This document shows positions 18,760 to 27,684 of a stretch of 64,000 bases of DNA, piece after piece. This stretch comes from a bacterium (GTDB taxonomy: Bacteria > Zhuqueibacterota > Zhuqueibacteria > Oceanimicrobiales > Oceanimicrobiaceae). The position numbers and the translations under genes were made by a program. Each line of letters starts with the position of its first letter. Within the stretch, counting starts at the first letter, position 1. The stretch lies in assembly GCA_037446635.1 (NCBI GenBank), contig JBBIIG010000002.1:102002-166001 (forward strand), written 5' to 3'. The notes under the pieces are model-generated. The model did not search any database and was not told the DNA's origin. It saw nothing but the letters and a program-made list of their open reading frames with translations.

Positions 18760-19797
18760 TTAGTTGAGTTTCCCCTGTTTGAGGATTTTAGTTGCCTGCT
18801 CCGGAGACACGCCGTTGATGGGAAATCCCGAGCCGATATCGAAACTGGTGAAGCCGCGGAAGCGCGGGGTGATTTCAAAGTGCCAGTGGTAATCGCGCTC
18901 GAGGGTTCGCCAATAGCCGCGCAATTTGCCGGTGGCGACGTTGGGGCCGGAGTGCAGCACCATCACGTAATTGGGATTATTGAGGGTGGTGTTGATGCGC
19001 TGCAAAATGTCTTTCAAAATGGCGGCCAGCGCGGCGTGGTCGTTGTTCCATTCAAAAAAAGTTTCGTGCTGCTGCGGCAGCAGCCAAATTTCAAACGGCG
19101 AGCGCGAAGCAAAAGGTGAGATGGCGACAAATTTTTCGTTGGCGGCGATCACGCGCTCATCATCGCTCAACTCCTGGTACAAAATATCGCAAAACAAACA
19201 GCGCTCTTTATAGCGATAGTGCTCCATCGCGCTCATCAGCTCATATTTGACGCGGGTGGGCGTGATGGGCGTGGCGATGATGTGAGAATAGGAATGTTCC
19301 GCTGTTTCAACCTGGCCTTCGCCATAATTTTTATGAAGCAGGACGTAACGAAAACGCAGGTCGCGCTTCAAATCCAGAAAGCGCTCGCGGTAGGCGGCTA
19401 AGACATCCTGAATCTGCGGCAATTCCATGTCTGGCAGCTGCACGTTGTGATCCGGCGATTCGATAACCAACTCGTGGGCGCCGATGCCGTCAAGGACGTC
19501 GTAAATGCCCACGCCGCGATTGTTCAAATCGCCAAAAATTTGCAGCACCGGTTGGCGCTCCGGTATCACCCGCACCGACCAGCCCGGCTGATCTTTTTGC
19601 GAGCCGTTATGGCGAATCGAAAAAATTTCCGGGGCCGTAGTTCCTTCAAAGGTGCTGCAAAAATTGCAGGGGCCGGCAGTTCTCTTTTCGCCGCTGCGTT
19701 TTCTTATTTGGCGGCTGTCCACCACATCTTTGATGTTGTATTCTTCGAGGATGATCGACCACTGGCCGGTGACCGGATTTCTTCTAAATTGGTTCAT
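18760..19797 (-). CDS. galT: Galactose-1-phosphate uridylyltransferase-like HIT-superfamily enzyme (GalT family)
   Basis: N-terminal Cys pair (CNFCS), HxHxQ-type HSYSHIIATP, size 345 aa. Confidence 0.7.
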   Translation of the reverse strand: MNQFRRNPVTGQWSIILEEYNIKDVVDSRQIRKRSGEKRTAGPCNFCSTFEGTTAPEIFSIRHNGSQKDQPGWSVRVIPERQPVLQIFGDLNNRGVGIYDVLDGIGAHELVIESPDHNVQLPDMELPQIQDVLAAYRERFLDLKRDLRFRYVLLHKNYGEGQVETAEHSYSHIIATPITPTRVKYELMSAMEHYRYKERCLFCDILYQELSDDERVIAANEKFVAISPFASRSPFEIWLLPQQHETFFEWNNDHAALAAILKDILQRINTTLNNPNYVMVLHSGPNVATGKLRGYWRTLERDYHWHFEITPRFRGFTSFDIGSGFPINGVSPEQATKILKQGKLN

Positions 19798-19830
19798 AGA
19801 ATTACAGATCTCCTATTAAACGTTCGCGGC

Positions 19831-20994
19831 TTAATCCGCGGGTTCGCGGTTGGCCGGCGGGTACGATGGCGCGGCCATCGCGTCGGCGTTTTCCTCAGCG
19901 TTGTTTTCCGGCTCCTGGCGGGTCAAAAGATTTTCGCCGTCGCGCACTTTGCGCAGTATCAAAAACAGGATGGTGCTGCCGGTGTTGAAAGTGGCGAGCA
20001 AATAGGAAAACACCAGCCCGGCGACGATCAAAGCGTTAATAGCAAAAAAATAGGCGGACACCTGTTCGGTCAGCGGCAGCTCCAGCGCCGCAACCTCTCT
20101 CGAGAAATAAAAATGGCGCGCAAACTCACCAAATAGTTTGTGAACGGCGTTGTCGAGTGGTGCGGTCCAGGAATGCAGGAGGAATTGGCCGTGCGCCGCC
20201 AGCCGTGCAAATTTGTCGCCCATGGAAAATAGGAACAGGAAATTCATCACCAAGAAAGAGGATTTGACGAGAATCGCCATAATCACAAATCCGATGACGC
20301 TGAGGCCGCACACGATGCTTTCATAAAAAACCACTCGCCAGGGCTGGCTCCAAACCGTGGAAAAGCTTTGGAAGATCGCTTCGAAGGCGTCCTCGTTGGT
20401 GGTCGCCAAAATCGCCGGCGTCAGCAAAACCGAAGCGGCGGTCACGATCAAAAAAAAGACCATGAGCAGCGCGGCGATCATCCACATCAAAGCGAAAAAA
20501 GAAATTCCCAATTCGCCTACGTAGGGCGCGCGGCCCAAAAATCCAAACAAGCACGCAGACAGAATAAATACCAGAATGATAATGGCGATCCCCAGCGGGG
20601 TGAGCACGGCAGAGCCGCTTTTGTGCAGCGCGAACACCAGCGCTTCCCGCCAGGTGTAAAAGCTGCGGCCTTTCATCGCCATAAACGTGGCGCGCGACAC
20701 CGCGATGTTGCCCACTAAAAAAAGCACCGTCAGGTAAAAGCACCCGAATCCAAAAACAATTTTGGAGATCAGCGGCGGGTTGACTTGCACGGCAAACAAA
20801 CAGGGGAACAAGCCGAACTCGCTGGCGACCTGCGGGTAGCTGTAGCCGGCCAGCAAAAAACTGGCGACGGTAAAACCATAATACCCCAAATAGCCGCCGA
20901 CCAACGCGATAAATTGCAGCCAAATTCGTTGAATGCTCAACGCGATGCGATTGGAGCGAAATAAATCCTCTGCGTTAAATTTCAGTTCCGTCAT
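19831..20994 (-). CDS. Polytopic integral membrane protein of unknown function (about 8-9 TM helices, Pro/acidic C-terminal tail)
   Basis: Long hydrophobic helices throughout. No recognisable family motifs. Lies 34 bp upstream of galT in the same orientation. Confidence 0.55.
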   Translation of the reverse strand: MTELKFNAEDLFRSNRIALSIQRIWLQFIALVGGYLGYYGFTVASFLLAGYSYPQVASEFGLFPCLFAVQVNPPLISKIVFGFGCFYLTVLFLVGNIAVSRATFMAMKGRSFYTWREALVFALHKSGSAVLTPLGIAIIILVFILSACLFGFLGRAPYVGELGISFFALMWMIAALLMVFFLIVTAASVLLTPAILATTNEDAFEAIFQSFSTVWSQPWRVVFYESIVCGLSVIGFVIMAILVKSSFLVMNFLFLFSMGDKFARLAAHGQFLLHSWTAPLDNAVHKLFGEFARHFYFSREVAALELPLTEQVSAYFFAINALIVAGLVFSYLLATFNTGSTILFLILRKVRDGENLLTRQEPENNAEENADAMAAPSYPPANREPAD

Positions 20995-21100
20995 TTGTTG
21001 CCTTTCGCTGATCCGGTTGCTTCAACAAACGAGTGCATTTTAAAGAAAATAAAGAAGTCGGTCAAGAGAAAAGATGGCAGTGGTTATGACAATCTCGCGC

Positions 21101-22426
21101 CTAACTCTCTCGCAATGCAAGCCGGCCATCTGCCGCCGGCGTCTCCTTTTTAAGCTGCACCCACAAAATGCGATTGCGCTCGATCTTTTCAATAGTAAAA
21201 GTATAGCCATCGTATTTGACGACTTCATTCGCGCTGGGGACGTGGCCGGTCAAACTCAAAATGAAACCGCCGAGGGTTTCAAATTCCCCCTCAGTGGGCA
21301 AATCAAAATTGAGCTTTTCGTTCAATTCGTGCAAATCCATTTTGGCGTCGATCAAAAACGTATTGTCGTCGAGCTTGCGGTAGAGCGGCTGCTCTTCGTC
21401 GTACTCATCTTGAATTTCGCCGACGATTTCCTCGATCACGTCTTCGAGGGTCACCAGCCCCGAGGTGCCGCCGTATTCGTCCACCACAATCGCCATGTGA
21501 GATTTGGTCTGTTGAAAATCCCGCAGCAGATTGTGGAGCTTTTTATTTTCCGGGACGAAATAGGCCGGGCGCGCCAGCTTTTTCAAATCCAACTTTTCCG
21601 GTGGATTTTTAATGACGCTCAACAGATCTTTGACGTGGATGATGCCCAAAATCTGATCGATGTCGCCGCGGTAGAGCGGGAGGCGGCTGTGCTGATTTTC
21701 GCTGATGATTTTGATCAATTGGTCGAGGGTGGCGTTTTCTTCCACGCACACCATGTCGGTGCGCGGCGCCATGATTTCATAAACTTCGGTGTCGCCAAAC
21801 TCGAAGATGGAGTGGATCATGGCGCGCTCGGAGTCTTTGAGATCGGCGATCTCCTCTCCCTCTTCCACGATGGTCGCTATAATTTTTTGGCGATGCAGGA
21901 AATCGCGCTTGTGGGCCACGTCAAAACGGTGGGCGATTTTTCGGAAAATATTGGCGGCGATTTTGGCAAGCGGTCGCGTCAAATTATAGAACATCGTCGC
22001 TGCCCCGGCAAGCGCTTCAGCAAATTCCTGATTGTTGCTCAAGACGATGAGGTTGGCCCAAATCTCGTCAAGAAAAAATAGCAGTAATACGCTCAACCCA
22101 ACGCCTGCCAACACACCGTAGCCCCACGCAAGATCATTTTTTGCGGCAACGGCCAGCGACAGAAAAAGAACAACCGTCATCAACAAAACGTTAGCGAGGA
22201 GCAGCACTCCTCTCACGGCCATCAAAAATGAACGCTTGTTGCGAAGCAGGAAGAGGACCCGCGGCGCAGCCTTGGTGCGCTTTTCTGAAAATTCCTTTTC
22301 TTCGATTTCGGAGAAAGACAAAAACGCAGATTGCATCGCAGCGAAAGTCGCAGACAACAGCAAAAACGCGACAAAAGACGCCAGCAGCAAAATCAAATTC
22401 AAATTGGATTCTAAGAGAGCACTCAT
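21101..22426 (-). CDS. CNNM/TlyC/CorC-family transporter-associated protein (DUF21 TM domain + CBS pair + CorC_HlyC)
   Basis: N-terminal 4-TM DUF21, a CBS pair and a C-terminal CorC_HlyC-like domain. Its start overlaps the ybeY stop by 4 bp. Confidence 0.85.
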   Translation of the reverse strand: MSALLESNLNLILLLASFVAFLLLSATFAAMQSAFLSFSEIEEKEFSEKRTKAAPRVLFLLRNKRSFLMAVRGVLLLANVLLMTVVLFLSLAVAAKNDLAWGYGVLAGVGLSVLLLFFLDEIWANLIVLSNNQEFAEALAGAATMFYNLTRPLAKIAANIFRKIAHRFDVAHKRDFLHRQKIIATIVEEGEEIADLKDSERAMIHSIFEFGDTEVYEIMAPRTDMVCVEENATLDQLIKIISENQHSRLPLYRGDIDQILGIIHVKDLLSVIKNPPEKLDLKKLARPAYFVPENKKLHNLLRDFQQTKSHMAIVVDEYGGTSGLVTLEDVIEEIVGEIQDEYDEEQPLYRKLDDNTFLIDAKMDLHELNEKLNFDLPTEGEFETLGGFILSLTGHVPSANEVVKYDGYTFTIEKIERNRILWVQLKKETPAADGRLALRES

Positions 22427-22926
22427 AAGTTATTCGGATTTTCAAAATGGTTGTGCAGCTTTTGCAAGTAGTAATTTTCACGCGCCGTCATTTGCAGTTT
22501 TTCCGAACGGCTGCGATCGTCGTAGCCGAGAAAGTGCAGCACGGCGTGAATGACGACGCGCGCCATTTCTTCGTTGAATGAAACCAAAAATTTTGCGGCG
22601 TTTTCCGCCACCCGATCGAGGCTGATGTAAACTTCGCCCTCGAAATAATCCGCCGCGTCTTCGATGGGAAACGCGAGGACGTCGGTGGGGCGGTCTTGGT
22701 TCAAAAAGGCGCGGTTCAAATGGCGAATGAAATCGTCGTCCGCCAAAATGAATTCTATGCGAGCAGACTTGCCTGCAGAGGTAAGCTTGCCTGCGGGCAA
22801 CGCCCCCTCTTCCCTCCAGACTTGTTGAGCGAGTTGCGCGAGGCGGTTTGAATTGATGGGCGCGGGGTGCCGACGATGAAATTTCACGACGAGCTTAGCT
22901 GGCTTTTTCGGCAATTTTTTTAACAT
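22423..22926 (-). CDS. ybeY: Endoribonuclease YbeY (rRNA maturation factor)
   Basis: Zinc motif HAVLHFLGYDD. Conserved phoH-7TMHD-ybeY-corC context. Start is uncertain: MLKK at 22926 or upstream at 23001. Confidence 0.75.
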   Translation of the reverse strand: MLKKLPKKPAKLVVKFHRRHPAPINSNRLAQLAQQVWREEGALPAGKLTSAGKSARIEFILADDDFIRHLNRAFLNQDRPTDVLAFPIEDAADYFEGEVYISLDRVAENAAKFLVSFNEEMARVVIHAVLHFLGYDDRSRSEKLQMTARENYYLQKLHNHFENPNNL

Positions 22927-25219
22927 GCTTGCGGAACAATCTTCTCTGTTGATTGGGGTATTCGATGCGCCCGTGGAAAATCCCCGTGAGATTATTGACA
23001 AAACTTTCCTGGATGACTTTTAAATCGCGCACCGTCAACGGGCAGTCGTCCAGCTCGCCGTCCGCGACCCGTTCCTGAATCAGCGAGCTGATCAGGCTGC
23101 GGATGCGGCTGACGGTGGGGTCTTTGAGGGTGCGCGACACCGCTTCCACGGCGTCGGCCAGCATCACGATGCCGGTCTCTTTGGTCTTCGGTTTCGGCCC
23201 CGGGTAGCGAAAGTCGGATTCGTTGATCTCGGCGCCGTCGTTGTTCTCCAGCGCTTTGTTGTAAAAGAAAACGATGAGGTTGGTGCCGTGGTGCTGGGCG
23301 ATGAAATCGCGGATTTCCGGCGGCAGGTTATAGTCTTCCGCCATCTCCAGGCCGCGCTTGACGTGGTTGATCAAAATCAAACAGCTCATGCTGGGGGCGA
23401 GTTTTTCGTGCGGGTTCTTGCCGCCTTTCTGATTTTCGACGAAGTATTCCGGCATCTCCATTTTGCCGATATCGTGGTAGTACGAACCCACCTTCGCCAG
23501 CAGCGCGTTGGCGCCGATGGCTTCCGCGGCGGACTCGGAGAGAATGCCGACCATCACGCTGTGGTGGTAGGTGCCAGGGGCGCGGATGGCCAACTGGCGC
23601 ATGGCCGGCTTGTTCAAATCCAGCAATTCCAGCAGGGTGGAATCGGTGGTCTCCTGAAAAACATATTCGAAAATAATCATCAGACCGTAGGCCAGAATGG
23701 GGGACAGGATGCCATTCAAGCTGGCATAAACCATATCCATCCAGTTGAAGAATTCCGGGTTTCGCAAAAATTCCAGTGCGGCGATGGAGAAGAGGTAGGC
23801 GGCCACAATCAGCACGATGCCTTTTAACATCCAGGCGCGAGTGTGAATTTGGCGAACCGATAAGATAGCGATGACGCCAACGAACATCGAGATCAGCACA
23901 ATGCTAAAATCGTTGCCCCGCAAGGCGCCGATCATCAGACTGAGAGAAAAGGTTGAGATGAAGGCGGTGCGAGTGTCGAAAAATATCGTCAGCAGCATCG
24001 AAGCGATGGAAATGGGAATGAGATATTTGTAAGTGGAAAATCCGATTTTGTTGACCAGCGAGGTTAGCACCAGGATGAGCAAAAAAATTAAAAACAGCAT
24101 GAACATTTTTTTGACGTTGTAAAACATACGCCAGCGGGAAACAAAAAGAAAAATCACCGTGAACGAAAGCGAAAGGCCCAAGATCAAAATTCTGCCGAAA
24201 TAGGGCAGCACCATTTTGAGGCCGCCTTGCTGCTGCTCGCGTTCGGCGCGCGCCTGCGCCAACGAATGTAGTTTTTCCAAGATTTCTTTGGTGATGCGCT
24301 CGTGTTTATCGACGATGCGCTCTTTCTCGAGCACCGTGCCTTTTGCGAGCGGCACGTTCGCCACCGCCTCGCTGATGCGCTGCTCGGTCGCGGCTTGATC
24401 GTAAATTAAGTTCGGCAAAAGAAACGCTGCAATGATGGAGTAACCAACTTTAACCGCGGTTTCGTTATTCGGGTAGAGCCGCCGCAGTTTTTCATCGAGA
24501 AGGACGCGCTCGACGTTATCCTGCCGGTAAAAATTTTTTAAATCATCGATGGTCTCCCGCCCGGACTCGATGATGGAGATTTTGGTGACATATTCCGGGA
24601 GGGCGTCAGTTTTGCGGTTCAGAATTCCCCTGGAATACATGTCCACCAGAATTTGGCGGACGTTGCGCTTGAACGCTTCATAGGAATCGGTTTTTTGAGC
24701 GTCATTGCTGGGCGCACTTCTCGAGCGGCGGCTTGGCGGCTGGGTTTTGGGAGCGGTAAGAATATACGAAAGGTCGGCTTCGTCGAGAAAAATAAGTTGC
24801 GCGGTCATGAAATCGCGCAGCCGGCGCAGCTTGATCGAGTCGGGGGAAATCGAGACGCGAATGCTATCGACATAATGAAAAAAGCGGTCGCATTTTTCCA
24901 GGGCGAGGGTTGCGGTGCTGTCAACGTGGCGAAATACCCAGGGCACTTTTTCGGCGGCGAGCTTCTTGTCGTTATTATATTCTTCCTCGCTTTTGTTGAT
25001 CAGAAACGTGAACGGGGCGATGATCTCGTCGCCAACATAGACGTCCTTTTCTTTCAGATTCGCAAACTGGTAGGTTTGCTGATGCGGGAACATCAAGGTA
25101 GCGATGGCAATGAGGGCAACGCCCATCAGCAATTGCGGCGTGTATCGCCAAAACGGATGCTCAGTCAACAACTGCTTGCCGTTTTGATATAATTTTACAA
25201 TTTTGGATAGATCAACCAA
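22895..25219 (-). CDS. 7TM receptor with intracellular HD hydrolase domain (PgpH/YqfF-like)
   Basis: Extracytoplasmic N-domain, seven TM helices, then an HD domain (HHSVMVG ... HDIGK). Confidence 0.85.
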   Translation of the reverse strand: MVDLSKIVKLYQNGKQLLTEHPFWRYTPQLLMGVALIAIATLMFPHQQTYQFANLKEKDVYVGDEIIAPFTFLINKSEEEYNNDKKLAAEKVPWVFRHVDSTATLALEKCDRFFHYVDSIRVSISPDSIKLRRLRDFMTAQLIFLDEADLSYILTAPKTQPPSRRSRSAPSNDAQKTDSYEAFKRNVRQILVDMYSRGILNRKTDALPEYVTKISIIESGRETIDDLKNFYRQDNVERVLLDEKLRRLYPNNETAVKVGYSIIAAFLLPNLIYDQAATEQRISEAVANVPLAKGTVLEKERIVDKHERITKEILEKLHSLAQARAEREQQQGGLKMVLPYFGRILILGLSLSFTVIFLFVSRWRMFYNVKKMFMLFLIFLLILVLTSLVNKIGFSTYKYLIPISIASMLLTIFFDTRTAFISTFSLSLMIGALRGNDFSIVLISMFVGVIAILSVRQIHTRAWMLKGIVLIVAAYLFSIAALEFLRNPEFFNWMDMVYASLNGILSPILAYGLMIIFEYVFQETTDSTLLELLDLNKPAMRQLAIRAPGTYHHSVMVGILSESAAEAIGANALLAKVGSYYHDIGKMEMPEYFVENQKGGKNPHEKLAPSMSCLILINHVKRGLEMAEDYNLPPEIRDFIAQHHGTNLIVFFYNKALENNDGAEINESDFRYPGPKPKTKETGIVMLADAVEAVSRTLKDPTVSRIRSLISSLIQERVADGELDDCPLTVRDLKVIQESFVNNLTGIFHGRIEYPNQQRRLFRKHVKKIAEKAS

Positions 25220-25224
25220 AGGCG

Positions 25225-26229
25225 TTAATCGGTTTTGTTATTCTTGCTTTCGTAGTCTTCGTAAGCGCGGATGATTTCCTTAACTAAGCGATGTCGCACC
25301 ACGTCGCGGTCGTTCAGAAAAACAAAGTCAATCCCCTCGATGCCGTCCAAAATGGATTGCACTTTAACCAGGCCGGACATCTTCGCTTGCGGCAGATCGA
25401 TCTGCGTCACATCGCCAGTGATGATGGCTTTCGAGTTGATGCCCAGCCGGGTAAGAAACATCTTCATTTGATTGAACGAAGTGTTCTGGGCTTCGTCCAA
25501 TATTACAAACGCATTGTTCAAGGTGCGGCCTCGCATGTAGGCCAGCGGCACGATTTCGATAACCTGAGTTTCCACAAAACGCTTCAGCTTGTCGGGCGGA
25601 ATCATCAGGTAGAGCGCGTCATAAAACGGCTTGAGGTAGGGATCAACTTTTTCACGGATGTCGCCGGGGAGAAAACCGAGGCTTTCGCCCGCTTCCACGG
25701 CTGGCCGCGTGAGCACGATGCGGTTCACCGATTTGTCCCGCAGCGCCGCCACCGCAATGGCCACGGCCATAAAAGTTTTGCCGGTACCGGCGGGGCCAAT
25801 CACAAAGACGATGTCGTTCTTCAAAGCCGAACGATAGAAGGCGTTCTGGCCGGGGGTCTTGGGTTTCAGGCAGCCGTCTTTGGTATAAAGAATCACGGAA
25901 TCTTTATTGTTCTCGATGCTGACGGCTGCGGCCGGCCCACCGGTGGCGTCTTCGGAATTCAGGTTGTCAAAAACAATTTCGAGGTCGTTTTCCGTGACCG
26001 CTTTTTCCTGCTCCACCATGACGATCAATTCATAAAAAACTTTTTCGAGATCGCGGAGAACTTTTTCGTCTCCAATGAGCTTGAGTTCGTTTCCGCGCGC
26101 CACGATGCGGGCGTTGAAATGCTGCTGCAATTTTTTCAAATTGGCGTCCTGAAATCCGAACAGCTTGAGTTGATCGACGCCTTTCAGTGAAATTCGTTTT
26201 TCAACTATTTCTTGTTTCGTGTTCTGCAA
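25225..26229 (-). CDS. PhoH-like ATPase (YbeZ) with N-terminal KH-like region; TTG start
   Basis: Walker A GPAGTGKT. PhoH blocks LTRPAVEAGE..GFLPGD and ILDEAQN. GAGG RBS before TTG. Confidence 0.85.
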   Translation of the reverse strand: MQNTKQEIVEKRISLKGVDQLKLFGFQDANLKKLQQHFNARIVARGNELKLIGDEKVLRDLEKVFYELIVMVEQEKAVTENDLEIVFDNLNSEDATGGPAAAVSIENNKDSVILYTKDGCLKPKTPGQNAFYRSALKNDIVFVIGPAGTGKTFMAVAIAVAALRDKSVNRIVLTRPAVEAGESLGFLPGDIREKVDPYLKPFYDALYLMIPPDKLKRFVETQVIEIVPLAYMRGRTLNNAFVILDEAQNTSFNQMKMFLTRLGINSKAIITGDVTQIDLPQAKMSGLVKVQSILDGIEGIDFVFLNDRDVVRHRLVKEIIRAYEDYESKNNKTD

Positions 26230-26250
26230 TTTACCTCGCTGCGTTAATAA

Positions 26251-26299
26251 AAAAGCTCTTGTCCGATTGGCAGATCAACTGCCATCGATCCAAGAGCTT
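26251..26299 (-). terminator. Rho-independent terminator of the LysM-protein gene (stem AAGCTCTTG...CAAGAGCTT followed by TTTTTTATT on the - strand)
   Basis: 9-bp stem with a structured loop, immediately 3' of the stop at 26389. Confidence 0.5.
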
Positions 26300-26388
26300 A
26301 GTTTTGTCTTTCTATTCAACGAACGATTTCAAAGAAACATCTCGGTGTGCGCCCGATGATTGTGAGAAAGCTCCGACGCAAACATCGA

Positions 26389-27246
26389 CTAATTGCCGCG
26401 CGGCACTTTCAGAATCTGGTATGGATAAATCAGGTTGGGCTCGTCTCCAATGACCGCTTTGTTAGCTTCATAGAGCTGCCGCCACTTGGTGGGGTCGCCC
26501 ATTACCGACATATTGCCCGCGATCTTGGCGAGGTAATCGCCGCGGCCAACCATGTACTCATCCGGGCCGTTCTCTTTATGAATTTTGAAAATCTGATCGG
26601 GATAGATCAAATCCGGGTCTTTGATCTGATCTTTGTTATAAGAATAGATGCGGATCCACTGCATGGGATCGCCGTAGATATCGGGCTTTTTGGAGATTCT
26701 CCACAAGTAATCGCCGCGCGTAACTGTGTACTCATCATATAAGCCTTTGGGCATTCTGGCGCGCAGTTGCGCAATTTTGCCTTCCAGCGCCGCGATCTTG
26801 TTCATCATTTCGGTCAACAAAGCGATGCGGCTGCCCTTCATTTCATTGAGCTTCTGCTCGATGGCGTCGATTTCTTTGCGCCGTTTGAACAACTCCTCGG
26901 GGGATAACGCCGCCAACGCGCTGAGCTGTTTGTCCAAATCATCCAACTGCTGACGATAGGCGTTGACTTCTTCTTCGGTTACGCCGAGTGCGGCGTAAAT
27001 TTCATTCCAGGTTTCTTTGATCTGGGCGTCAAGATCGGCAATTTGAGCTTTTAGAGCTTCAATTTCCGTGTCCAATCTGGCAATTTCATCTTTTGCTGCA
27101 CGTTCACGGTTTTGCCACTCCTGCAACTGCTGATTGTATTCTTTCATCGTCATCTTCTCCTGGGCAAGGGAGGAACTCACCCCTGCTGCCAGAACAAGCG
27201 CTATGACGATGGCGCTGGCCCAGAGAGTTTTGGTGACCAATTTCAT
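26389..27246 (-). CDS. Secreted coiled-coil protein with two C-terminal LysM peptidoglycan-binding domains
   Basis: Signal peptide, a long heptad-like coiled coil (EIEALKAQIADLDAQIKE) and two LysM repeats (YTVTRGDYLWRIS; YMVGRGDYLAKIA). AGGAGG RBS before MKLVTK. Confidence 0.75.
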   Translation of the reverse strand: MKLVTKTLWASAIVIALVLAAGVSSSLAQEKMTMKEYNQQLQEWQNRERAAKDEIARLDTEIEALKAQIADLDAQIKETWNEIYAALGVTEEEVNAYRQQLDDLDKQLSALAALSPEELFKRRKEIDAIEQKLNEMKGSRIALLTEMMNKIAALEGKIAQLRARMPKGLYDEYTVTRGDYLWRISKKPDIYGDPMQWIRIYSYNKDQIKDPDLIYPDQIFKIHKENGPDEYMVGRGDYLAKIAGNMSVMGDPTKWRQLYEANKAVIGDEPNLIYPYQILKVPRGN

Positions 27247-27283
27247 CTCAACCCTCCTGTTTCGTCCATTGTTTAAATTTAAA

Positions 27284-27553
27284 TTACTGGCCAAGTCGTT
27301 TTTTAACTTCTTCGAGTTCAGTTTTCGCATCCTGCAATTCCTTCCGTTTTTGATTGAGCTGGCTCTCCAGCCGGCTCTTTTCGCGGCGTCTTTCTTCTAA
27401 GGTGTTCTCTGCGGCAAGGGCGGCGTTCTTTTGCTCTTCCAGCGCCTGCAGTTGCTGCGCGTTAGGACGGCTCGTGCATCCAACCAGTGAGAAAGTGGAA
27501 ACCACAAACAGCATGGCGATGAACAGTAAAACAGCTTTCGTTAAAAGTCTCAT
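27284..27553 (-). CDS. Small coiled-coil lipoprotein
   Basis: Signal plus lipobox LVGC, then a Glu/Lys/Gln-rich helical region. GGAGGTGA RBS before MRLLTK. Confidence 0.55.
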   Translation of the reverse strand: MRLLTKAVLLFIAMLFVVSTFSLVGCTSRPNAQQLQALEEQKNAALAAENTLEERRREKSRLESQLNQKRKELQDAKTELEEVKKRLGQ

Positions 27554-27655
27554 TACAGTTCTCACCTCCTTCCTCTCAGATTATGGTTTTTTTGGAGATT
27601 GAAAATTGCCTGGCTTGGGAAATGCGTTACTTCTTGTTTTTCAAAACGTAAGCCA

Positions 27656-27684
27656 ATAATAGCAAAAAAATCGTTGATTGTCAA
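27656..27684 (-). promoter_or_regulatory. Strong sigma70-like promoter on the - strand (TTGACA-17 bp-TATTAT) driving the lipoprotein/LysM genes; overlaps the aspS 3' end
   Basis: Reverse complement of 27656-27684 reads TTGACAATCAACGATTTTTTTGCTATTAT. Confidence 0.45.

Noticed and set aside
22926-23001. Longer ybeY start at 23001 (MSIISRG...)
   Set aside because: It would overlap the 7TM-HD gene by more than 100 bp. The conserved YbeY N-terminal region begins after MLKK at 22926. This is kept as an uncertainty.
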